Assembly (NCBI GenBank): GCA_964016885.1 | Contig: OZ024742.1 | Location: 15,686,001-15,750,000 of the forward strand | Length of the DNA: 64,000 bases | Direction of reading: 5' to 3' | DNA from: Eledone cirrhosa | Lineage: Eukaryota | Notes under the pieces: model-generated | What the model saw: only the letters and a program-made list of their open reading frames with translations | Databases searched by the model: none | Told to the model about the DNA's origin: nothing | Translations under genes and position numbers: made by a program | Part shown: positions 1 to 12,200 of the stretch, piece by piece | Position numbering within the stretch: the first letter of the stretch is position 1 | Layout of the letters: each line of letters starts with the position of its first letter

Positions 1-3000
1 CCACAGAGAAATGTGTCATTATTAAAGAACCACAGAGTAAAGTGTGATTATTAAAGAACCTCAGAGTAAAGTGTGATTATTAAAGAACCACAGAGTAAAG
101 TGTGATTATTAAAGAACCACAGAGTAAAGTGTGATTATTAAAGAACCACAGAGTAAAGTGTGATTATTAAAGTACCACAGAGTACAGTGTAATTATTAAA
201 GAACCTCAGTGTCATGTGTGATTATTAAAGAACCTCAGAGTAAAGTGTGACTATTAAAGAACCACAGTGTAAAGTGTTATTATTAAAGAACCACAGAGAA
301 ACGTGAGATTATTAAAGACCCACAGAGTAAAGGGTGATTATTAAAGAACCTCAGAGCAAAGTGTGATTATTAAAGAACCTCAGAGTAAAGCGTGATTATT
401 AAAGAACCACAGAGTAAAGTGTGATTATTAAAGAACCTCAGAGTAAAGTGTTGATTATTAAAGAACCTCAGAGTAAAGTGTGATTATTAAAGAACCTCAG
501 TGTAAAGTGTGATTATTAAAGAACCTCAGAGTAAAGTGTGATTATTAAAGAACCACAGATTAAAGTGTGATTATTAAAGAACCTCAGAGTAAAGTGTGAT
601 TATTAAAGAACCACAGAGAAATGTGTGATTATTAAAGAACCACAGAGTAAAGTGTGATTATTAAAGAACCTCAGAGTAAAGTGTGATAATTAAAGAACCA
701 CGGAGAAATGTGTGATTATTAAAGAACCACAGAGTAAAGTGTGATTATTAAAGAACCACAGAGAAATGTGTGATTATTAAAGAACCACAGTGTAAAGTGT
801 GATTATTAAAGAACCACAGAGAAATGTGTGATTATTAAAGAACCACAGAGTAAAGTGTGATTATTAAAGAACCTCAGAGTAAAGTGTGATTATTAAAGAA
901 CCATACAGAAATGTGAGATTATTAAAGAACCACAGAGTAAAGTGTGATTATTAAAGAACCTCAGAGCCAAGTGTGATTATTAAAGAACCACAGAGAAAAG
1001 TGTGATTATTAAAGAACCACAGAGTAAAGTGTGATTATTAAAGAATCTCAGAGTAAAGTGTAATTATTAAGGAACCACAGAGTAAAGTGTGCTTATTAAA
1101 GAACCTCAGATTAAAGTGTGATTATTAAAGAACCTCAGAGTAAAGTGTGATTATTAAAGAACCATACAGAAATGTGAGATTATTAAAGAACCACAGAGTA
1201 AAGTGTGATTATTAAAGAACCTCAGGGTAAAGTGTGATTATTAAAGAACCACAGAGTAAAGTGTGATTATTAAAGAACCACAGAGAAAAGTGTGATTATT
1301 AAAGAACCTCAGAGTAAAGTGTGATTATTAAAGAACCATACAGAAATGTGAGATTATTAAAGAACCACAGAGTAAAGTGTGATTATTAAAGAACCTCAGA
1401 GTAAAGTGTGATTATTAAAGAACCACAGAGTAAAGTGTGATTATTAAAGAACCACAGAGAAATGTGTGATTATTAAAGAACCACAGAGTAAAGTGTGATT
1501 ATTAAAGAACCTCAGAGTAAAGTGTGATTATTAAAGAACCACAGAGTAAAGTGTGATTATTAAAGAACCACAGAGTAATGTGTGATTATTAAAGAACCAC
1601 AGAGTAAAGTGTGATTATTAAAGTACCACAGAGTAGTGTAATTATTAAAGAACCTCAGTGTCATGTGTGATTATTAAAGAACCTCAGAGTAAAGTGTGAT
1701 TATTAAAGAACCACAGAGAAATGTGTGATTATTAAAGAACCTCAGAGTAAAGTGTGATTATTAAAGAACCTCAGAGTAAAGTATGATTATTAAAGAACCA
1801 CAGAGAAATGTGTGATTATTAAAGAACCTCAGAGAAAAGTGTGATTATTAAAGAACCACAGAGTAAAGTATGATTATTAAAGAACCACAGAGAAATGTGT
1901 GATTATTAAAGAACCACAGAGAAAAGTGTGATTATTAAAGAACCACAGAGTAAAGTGAGATTATTAAAAACCTCAGAGAAAAGTGTAATTATTAAAGAAC
2001 CTCAGTGTCATGTGTGATTATTAAAGAACCACAGAGTAAAGTGTGATTATTAAAGAACCATACAGAAATGTGAGATTATTAAAGAACCACAGAGTAAAGT
2101 GTGATTATTAAAGAACCTCAGAGTAAAGTGTGATTATTAAAGAACCTCAGAGGAAAAGTGTGATTATTAAAGAACCTCAGAGTAAAGTGTGATTATTTAA
2201 GAACCCCAAAGTAAAGTGTGATTATTAAGGAACCTCAGAGTAAAGTGTGATTATTAAAGAACCACAGAGTAAAGTGTGATTATTAAAGAACCTCAGAGTA
2301 AAGTGTGCTTATTAAAGAACCACAGAGTAAAGTGTGAATATTAAAGAACCACAGAGAAATGTGTCATTATTAAAGAACCACAGAGTAAAGTGTGATTATT
2401 AAAGAACCTCAGAGTAAAGTGTGATTATTAAAGAACCACAGAGTAAAGTGTGATTATTAAAGAACCACAGAGTAAAGTGTGATTATTAAAGAACCACAGA
2501 GTAAAGTGTGATTATTAAAGTACCACAGAGTACAGTGTAATTATTAAAGAACCTCAGTGTCATGTGTGATTATTAAAGAACCTCAGAGTAAAGTGTGACT
2601 ATTAAAGAACCACAGTGTAAAGTGTTATTATTAAAGAACCACAGAGAAACGTGAGATTATTAAAGACCCACAGAGTAAAGGGTGATTATTAAAGAACCTC
2701 AGAGCAAAGTGTGATTATTAAAGAACCTCAGAGTAAAGCGTGATTATTAAAGAACCACAGAGTAAAGTGTGATTATTAAAGAACCTCAGAGTAAAGTGTT
2801 GATTATTAAAGAACCTCAGAGTAAAGTGTGATTATTAAAGAACCTCAGTGTAAAGTGTGATTATTAAAGAACCTCAGAGTAAAGTGTGATTATTAAAGAA
2901 CCACAGATTAAAGTGTGATTATTAAAGAACCTCAGAGTAAAGTGTGATTATTAAAGAACCACAGAGAAATGTGTGATTATTAAAGAACCACAGAGTAAAG

Positions 3001-4400
3001 TGTGATTATTAAAGAACCTCAGAGTAAAGTGTGATAATTAAAGAACCACGGAGAAATGTGTGATTATTAAAGAACCACAGAGTAAAGTGTGATTATTAAA
3101 GAACCACAGAGAAATGTGTGATTATTAAAGAACCACAGTGTAAAGTGTGATTATTAAAGAACCACAGAGAAATGTGTGATTATTAAAGAACCACAGAGTA
3201 AAGTGTGATTATTAAAGAACCTCAGAGTAAAGTGTGATTATTAAAGAACCATACAGAAATGTGAGATTATTAAAGAACCACAGAGTAAAGTGTGATTATT
3301 AAAGAACCTCAGAGCCAAGTGTGATTATTAAAGAACCACAGAGAAAAGTGTGATTATTAAAGAACCACAGAGTAAAGTGTGATTATTAAAGAATCTCAGA
3401 GTAAAGTGTAATTATTAAGGAACCACAGAGTAAAGTGTGCTTATTAAAGAACCTCAGATTAAAGTGTGATTATTAAAGAACCTCAGAGTAAAGTGTGATT
3501 ATTAAAGAACCATACAGAAATGTGAGATTATTAAAGAACCACAGAGTAAAGTGTGATTATTAAACAACCACAGAAAAATGTGTGATTATTAAAAAACCTC
3601 AGAGTAAAGTGTGATTATTAAAGAACCTCAGAGTAAAGTGTGATTATTAAAGAACCTCAGGGTAAAGTGTGATTATTAAAGAACTACAGAGTAAAGTGTG
3701 ATTATTAAAGAACCACAGAGAAAAGTGTGATTATTAAAGAACCTCAGAGTAAAGTGTGATTATTAAAGAACCATACAGAAATGTGAGATTATTAAAGAAC
3801 CACAGAGTAAAGTGTGATTATTAAAGAACCTCAGAGTAAAGTGTGATTATTAAAGAACCACAGAGAAATGTGTGATTATTAAAGAACCACAGAGTAAAGT
3901 GTGATTATTAAAGAACCTCAGAGTAAAGTGTGATTAATAAAGAACCACAGAGTAAAGTGTGATTATTAAAGAACCACAGAGTAAAGTGTGATTATTAAAG
4001 AACCACAGAGTAAGGTGTGATTATTAAAGTACCACAGAGTACAGTGTAATTATTAAAGAACCTCAGTGTCATGTGTGATTATTAAAGAACCTCAGAGTAA
4101 AGTGTGATTATTAAAGAACCACAGAGAAATGTGTGATTATTAAAGAACCTCAGAGTAAAGTGTGATTATTAAAGAACCTCAGAGTAAAGTATGATTATTA
4201 AAGAACCACAGAGAAATGTGTGATTATTAAAGAACCTCAGAGAAAAGTGTGATTATTAAAGAACCACAGAGTAAAGTATGATTATTAAAGAACCACAGAG
4301 AAATGTGTGATTATTAAAGAACCACAGAGAAAAGTGTGATTATTAAAGAACCACAGAGTAAAGTGTGATTATTAAAGAACCTCAGAGAAAAGTGTAATTA
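1..4400. repeat. Higher-order duplication, offset 2348 bp (81 monomers, net -1 bp)
   Basis: CCACAGAGAAATGTGTCATT occurs at 1 and 2349, and GAGCCAAG at 964 and 3312. The variant order matches for about 1.2 kb, then continues with whole-monomer indels. Confidence 0.85.
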
Positions 4401-6590
4401 TTAAAGAACCACAGAGTAAAGTGTGATTATTAAGGAACCACAGAGTAATGTGTGATTATTAAAGAACCACAGAGTAAAGTGTGATTATTAAAGTACCACA
4501 GAGTACAGTGTAATTATTAAAGAACCTCAGTGTCATGTGTGATTATTAAAGAACCTCAGAGTAAAGTGTGATTATTAAAGAACCACAGAGAAATGTGTGA
4601 TTATTAAAGAACCTCAGAGTAAAGTGTGATTATTAAAGAACCTCAGAGTAAAGTATGATTATTAAAGAACCACAGAGAAATGTGTGATTATTAAAGAACC
4701 TCAGAGAAAAGTGTGATTATTAAAGAACCACAGAGTAAAGTATGATTATTAAAGAACCACAGAGAAATGTGTGATTATTAAAGAACCACAGACAGAGAAA
4801 AGTGTGATTATTAAAGAACCACAGAGTAAAGTGTGATTATTAAAAACCTCAGAGAAAAGTGTAATTATTAAAGAGCCTCAGTGTCATGTGTGATTATTAA
4901 AGAACCACAGAGTAAAGTGTGATTATTAAAGAACCATACAGAAATGTGAGATTATTAAAGAACCACAGAGTAAAGTGTTATTATTAAAGAACCTCAGAGT
5001 AAAGTGTGATTATTAAAGAACCTCAGAGGAAAAGTGTGATTATTAAAGAACCTCAGAGTAAAGTGTGATTATTTAAGAACCCCAAAGTAAAGTGTGATTA
5101 TTAAGGAACCTCAGAGTAAAGTGTGATTATTAAAGAACCACAGAGTAAAGTGTGATTATTAAAGAACCTCAGAGTAAAGTGTGATTATTAAAGAACCACA
5201 GAGTAAAGTGTGAATATTAAAGAACCACAGAGAAATGTGTGATTATTAAAGAACCTCAGTGTCATGTGTGATTATTAAAGAACCTCAGAGTAAAGTGTGA
5301 TTATTAAAGAACCACAGAGAAATGTGTGATTATTAAAGAACCTCAGAGTAAAGTGTGATTATTAAAGAACCTCAGATTAAGGTGTGATTATTAAAGTACC
5401 ACAGAGTACAGTGTAATTATTAAAGAACCTCAGTGTCATGTGTGATTATTAAAGAACCTCAGAGTAAAGTGTGATTATTAAAGAACCACAGAGAAATGTG
5501 TGATTATTAAAGAACCTCAGAGTAAAGTGTGATTATTAAAGAACCTCAGAGTAAAGTATGATTATTAAAGAACCACAGAGAAATGTGTGATTATTAAAGA
5601 ACCTCAGAGAAAAGTGTGATTATTAAAGAACCACAGAGTAAAGTATGATTATTAAAGAACCACAGAGAAATGTGTGATTATTAAAGAACCACAGAGAAAA
5701 GTGTGATTATTAAAGAACCACAGAGTAAAGTGTGATTATTAAAGAACCTCAGAGAAAAGTGTAATTATTAAAGAACCACAGAGTAAAGTGTGATTATTAA
5801 GGAACCACAGAGTAATGTGTGATTATTAAAGAACCACAGAGTAAAGTGTGATTATTAAAGTACCACAGAGTACAGTGTAATTATTAAAGAACCTCAGTGT
5901 CATGTGTGATTATTAAAGAACCTCAGAGTAAAGTGTGATTATTAAAGAACCACAGAGAAATGTGTGATTATTAAAGAACCTCAGAGTAAAGTGTGATTAT
6001 TAAAGAACCTCAGAGTAAAGTATGATTATTAAAGAACCACAGAGAAATGTGTGATTATTAAAGAACCTCAGAGAAAAGTGTGATTATTAAAGAACCACAG
6101 AGTAAAGTATGATTATTAAAGAACCACAGAGAAATGTGTGATTATTAAAGAACCACAGAGAAAAGTGTGATTATTAAAGAACCACAGAGTAAAGTGTGAT
6201 TATTAAAAACCTCAGAGAAAAGTGTAATTATTAAAGAGCCTCAGTGTCATGTGTGATTATTAAAGAACCACAGAGTAAAGTGTGATTATTAAAGAACCAT
6301 ACAGAAAGGTGAGATTATTAAAGAACCACAGAGTAAAGTGTTATTATTAAAGAACCTCAGAGTAAAGTGTGATTATTAAAGAACCTCAGAGGAAAAGTGT
6401 GATTATTAAAGAACCTCAGAGTAAAGTGTGATTATTTAAGAACCCCAAAGTAAAGTGTGATTATTAAGGAACCTCAGAGTAAAGTGTGATTATTAAAGAA
6501 CCACAGAGTAAAGTGTGATTATTAAAGAACCTCAGAGTAAAGTGTGATTATTAAAGAACCACAGAGTAAAGTGTGAATATTAAAGAACCT
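4010..6590. repeat. Higher-order duplication, offset 1363-1367 bp (47 monomers)
   Basis: GAGCCTCAG occurs at 4873 and 6236, and TAAGGTGTG at 4011 and 5378. The 4-bp difference between the two offsets is explained by an ACAG duplication at about 4790. Confidence 0.8.
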
Positions 6591-9229
6591 CAGAGTAAAG
6601 TGTGATTATTAAAGAACCTCAGAGGAAAAGTGTGATTATTAAAGAACCTCAGAGTAAAGTGTGATTATTAAAGAACCCCAGAGTAAAGTGTGATTATTAA
6701 GGAACCTCAGAGTAAAGTGTGATTATTAAAGAACCACAGAGTAAAGTGTGATTATTAAAGAAACTCAGAGTAAAGTGTGATTATTAAAGAACCACAGAGT
6801 AAAGTGTGTTTATTAAAGAACCACAGAGAAATGTGTGATTATTAAAGAACCACAGAGTAAAGTGTGATTATTAAAGAACCTCAGAGTAAAGTGTGATTAT
6901 TAAAGAACCACAGAGTAAAGTGTGATTATTAAAGAACCACAGAGTAAAGTGTGATTATTAAAGAACCACAGAGCAAAGTGTGATTATTAAAGTACCACAG
7001 AGTACAGTGTAATTATTAAAGAACCTCAGTGTCATGTGTGATTATTAAAGAACCTCAGAGTAAAGTGTGATTATTAAAGAACCAGAGAGTAAAGTGTTAT
7101 TATTAAAGAACCACAGAGTAAAGTGTGATTATTAAAGAACCTCAGAGTAAAGTGTGATTATTAAAGAACCACAGAGTAAAGTGTGATTATTAAAGAACCA
7201 CAGAGTAAAGTGTGATTATTAAAGAACCACAGAGAAAAGTGTGATTATTAAAGTACCACAGAGTACAGTGTAATTATTAAAGAACCTCAGTGTCATGTGT
7301 GATTATTAAAGAACCTCAGAGTAAAGTGTGATTATTAAAGAACCACAGAGTAAAGTGTTATTATTAAAGAACCACAGAGAAATGTGAGATTATTAAAGAC
7401 CCACAGAGTAAAGGGTGATTATTAAAGAACCTCAGAGCAATGTGTGATTATTAAAGAACCTCAGAGTAAAGTGTGATTATTAAAGAACCTCAGAGTAAAG
7501 TGTGATTATTAAAGAACCACAGAGTAAAGTGTGATTATTAAAGAACCTCAGAGTAAAGTGTTGATTATTAAAGAACCTCAGAGTAAAGTGTGATTATTAA
7601 AGAACCTCAGAGTAAAGTGTGATTATTAAAGAACCACAGAGTAAAGTGTGATTATTAAAGAACCACAGAGAAATGTGTGATTATTAAAGAACCACAGAGT
7701 AAAGTGTGATTATTAAAGAACCTCAGAGTAAAGTGTGATTATTAAAGAAGCAGTGTCATGTGCGATTATTAAAGAACCACAAAGTAAAGTGTGATTATTA
7801 AAGAACCTCAGAGTAAAGTGTGATTATTAAAGAACCTCAGAGTAAAGTGTGATTATTAAAGAAGCTCAGAGTTAAGTGTGATTATTAAAGAATCTCAGGG
7901 TAAAGTGTGATTATTAAAGTACCACAGAGTACAGTGTAATTATTAAAGAACCTCAGTGTCATGTGTGATTATTAAAGAACCTCAGAGTAAAGTGTGATTA
8001 TTAAAGAACCAGAGAGTAAAGTGTTATTATTAAAGAACCTCAGAGAAATGTGTGATTATTAAAGAACCACAGAGTAATGTGTGATTATTAAAGAACCTCA
8101 GATAAAGTATGATTATTAAAGAACCACAGAGTAATGTGTGATTATTAAAGAACCTCAGAGAAATGTGTGATTATTAAAGAACCTCAGAGAAATGTGTGAT
8201 TATTAAAGAACCACAGAGTAAAGTGTGATTATTAAAGAACTTCAAAGTAAAGTGTGATTATTAAAGAACCATACAGAAATGTGAGATTATTAAAGAACCA
8301 CAGAGTAAAGTGTGATTATTAAAGAACCACAGAGAAATGTGTGATTATTAAAGATCCACAGAGTAAAGTGTGATTAATAAAGAACCACAGAGAAATGTAT
8401 GATTATTAACGAACCACAGAGTAAAGTGTGATTATTAAAGAACAACAGAGAAATGTGTGATTATCAAAGAACCTCAGAGTAAAGTGTGATTATTAAAGAA
8501 CCTCAGAGTAAAGTGTGATTATTAAAGAACCTCAGAGAAATGTGTGATTATTAAAGAACCTCAGAGTAAAGTGTGATAATTAAAGAACCACAGAGAAATG
8601 TGTGATTATTAAAGAACCACAGAGTAAAGTGTGATTATTAAAGAACCACAGAGTAAAGTGTGATTATTAAAGAACCTCAGAGAAATGTGTGATTATTAAA
8701 GAACCTCAGAGTAAAGTGTGATTATTAAAGAACCACAGAGAAATGTGTGATTATTAAAGAACCACAGAGTAAAGTGCGATTATTAAAGAACCTCAGAGAA
8801 ATGTGTGATTATTAAAGAACCTCAGAGTAAAGTGTGATAATTAAAGAACCACAGAGAAATGTGTGATTATTAAAGAACCACAGAGTAAAGTGTGATTATT
8901 AAAGAACCACAGAGTAAAGTGTGATTATTAAAGAACCTCAGAGAAATGTGTGATTATTAAAGAACCTCAGAGTAAAGTGTGATTATTAAAGAACCACAGA
9001 GAAATGTGTGATTATTAAAGAACCACAGAGTAAAGTGTGATTATTAAAGAACCTCAGAGTAAAGTGTTGATTATTAAAGAACCTCAGAGTAAAGTGTGAT
9101 TATTAAAGAACCTCAGAGTAAAGTGTGATTATTAAAGAACCACAGAGTAAAGTGTGATTATTAAAGAACCTCAGAGTAAAGTGTGATTATTAAAGAACCA
9201 CAGAGAAATGTGTGATTATTAAAGAACCA

Positions 9230-12200
9230 CAGAGTAAAGTGTGATTATTAAAGAACCTCAGAGTAAAGTGTGATTATTAAAGAACCTCAGAGTAAAGTGT
9301 GATTATTAAAGAAGCAGTGTCATGTGCGATTATTAAAGAACCACAGAGTAAAGTGTGAATATTAAAGAACCTCAGAGTAAAGTGTGATTATTAAAGAACC
9401 TCAGAGTAAAGTGTGATTATTAAAGCACCTCAGAGTTAAGTGTGATTATTAAAGAAACTCAGGGTAAAGTGTGATTATTAAAGTACCACAGAGTACAGTG
9501 TAATTATTAAAGAACCTCAGTGTCATGTGTGATTATTAAAGAACCTCAGAGTAAAGTGTGATTATTAAAGAACCACAGAGTAAAGTGTTATTATTAAAGA
9601 ACCTCAGAGAAATGTGTGATTATTAAAGAACCACAGAGTAAAGTGTGATTATTAAAGAACCTCAGAGTAAAGTATGATTATTAAAGAACCACAGAGTAAA
9701 GCGTGATTATTAAAGAACCTCAGAGAAATGTGTGATTATTAAAGAACCACAGAGTAAAGTGTGATTATTAAAGAACCTCAGAGTAAAGTGTGATTATTAA
9801 AGAACCACAGAGTAAAGTGTGATTATTAAAGAACCTCAGAGTAAAGTGTGATTATTAAAGAACCTCAGAGTAAAGTGTGATTATTAAAGAACCACTGAGA
9901 AATGTGTGATTATTAAAGAACCACAGAGGAAAGTGTGATTATTAAAGAAGCACAGAGTAAAGTGTGATTATTTAAGAACCTCAGAGTAAAGTGTGATTAT
10001 TAAAGAACCACAGAGTAAAGTGTGATTATTAAAGAACCTCAGAGAAATGTGTGATTCTTAAAGAACCTCAGAGTAAAGTGTGATTATTAAAGAACCACAG
10101 AGAAATGTGTGATTATTAAAGAACCACAGAGTAAAGTGCGATTATTAAAGAACCTCAGAGTAAAGTGTGATTATTAAAGAACCTCAGAGTAAAGTGTGAT
10201 AATTAAAGAACCACACAGAAATGTGTGATTATTAAAGAACCACAGAGTAAAGTGTGATTAATAAAGAACCACAGAGAAATGTGTGATTATTAACGAACCA
10301 CAGAGTAAAGTGTGATTATTAAAGAACCACAGAGAAATGTGTGATTATTAAAGAACCTCAGAGTAAAGTGTGATTATTAAAGAACCTCAGAGTAAAGTGT
10401 GATTATTAAAGAACCACGGAGTAAAGTGTGATTATTAAAGAACCTCAGAGTAAAATGTGATTATTAAAGAACCATACAGAAATGTGAGATTATTAAAGAA
10501 CCACAGAGTAAAGTGTGATTATTAAAGAACCTCAGAGTAAAGTGTGATTATTAAAGAACCTCAGAGAAAAGTGTGATTATTAAAGAACCTCAGAGTAAAG
10601 TGTGATTATTAAAGAACCTCAGAGTAAAGTGTGATTATTAAAGAACCACAGAGTAAAGTGTGATTATTAAAGAACCTCAGAGTAAAGTGTGATTATTAAA
10701 GAACCTCAGAGAAAAGTGTGATTATTAAAGAACCTCAGAGTAAAGTGTGATTATTAAAGAACCTCAGAGTAAAGTGTGATTATTAAAGAACCACAGAGTA
10801 AAGTGTGATTATTAAAGAACCTCAGAGTAAAGTGTGATTATTAAAGAACCATACAGAAATGTGAGATTATTAAAGAACCACAGAGTAAAGTGTGATTATT
10901 AAAGAACCTCAGAGTAAAGTGTGATTATTAAAGAACCTCAGAGGAAAAGTGTGATTATTAAAGAACCTCAGCGTAAAGTGTGATTATTAAAGAATCCCAG
11001 AGTAAAGTGTGATTATTAAGGAACCTCAGAGTAAAGTGTGATTATTAAAGAACCACAGAGTAAAGTGTGATTATTAAAGAAACTCAGAGTAAAGTGTGAT
11101 TATTAAAGAACCACAGAGTAAAGTGTGATTATTAAAGAACCACAGAGAAATGTGTGATTATTAAAGAACCAAAGAGTAAAGTGTGATTATTAAAGAACCT
11201 CAGAGTAAAGTGTGATTATTAAAGAACCACAGAGTAAAGTGTGATTATTAAAGAACCACAGAGTAAAGTGTGATTATTAAAGAACCACAGAGTAAAGTGT
11301 GATTATTAAAGTACCACAGAGTACAGTGTAATTATTAAAGAACCTCAGTGTCATGTGTGATTATTAAAGAACCTCAGAGTAAAGTGTGATTATTAAAAAA
11401 CCACAGAGTAAAGTGTTATTATTAAAGAACCACAGAGTAAAGTGTGATTATTAAAGAACCTCAGAGTAAAGTGTGATTATTAAAGAACCACAGAGTAAAG
11501 TGTGATTATTAAAGAACCACAGAGTAAAGTGTGATTATTAAAGAACCACAGAGTAAAGTGTGATTATTAAAGTACCACAGAGAACAGTGTAATTATTAAA
11601 GAACCTCAGTGTCATGTGTGATTATTAAAGAACCTCAGAGTAAAGTGTGATTATTAAAGAACCACAGAGTAAAGTGTTATTATTAAAGAACCACAGAGAA
11701 ATGTGAGATTATTAAAGACCCACAGAGTAAAGGGTGATTATTAAAGAACCTCAGAGTAAAGTGTCATTATTAAAGAACCTCAGAGTAAAGTGTGATTATT
11801 AAAGAACCTCAGAGTAAAGTGTGATTATTAAAGAACCACAGAGTAAAGTGTGATTATTAAAGAACCTCAGAGTAAAGTGTTGATTATTAAAGAACCTCAG
11901 AGTAAAGTGTGATTATTAAAGAACCTCAGAGTAAAGTGTGATTATTAAAGAACCACAGAGTAAAGTGTGATTATTAAAGAACCTCAGAGTAAAGTGTGAT
12001 TATTAAAGAACCACAGAGTAAAGTGTGATTATTAAAGAACCTCAGAGTAAAGTGTGATTATTAAAGAACCTCAGAGTAAAGTGTGATTATTAAAGAAGCA
12101 GTGTCATGTGCGATTATTAAAGAACCACAGAGTAAAGTGTGAATATTAAAGAACCTCAGAGTAAAGTGTGATTATTAAAGAACCTCAGAGTAAAGTGTGA

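Noticed and set aside
43-63. CRP/CAP-like site or plasmid iterons (TGTGA motif)
   Set aside because: Only a half-site is present, with no TGTGA-N6-TCACA. There is no gene or rep context, and the array is far larger than iteron clusters.
1-174. Nucleosome-sized 5-mer (145 bp) or 6-mer (174 bp) higher-order unit
   Set aside because: This is arithmetic coincidence only. I see no consistent 5- or 6-monomer periodicity among the variants.
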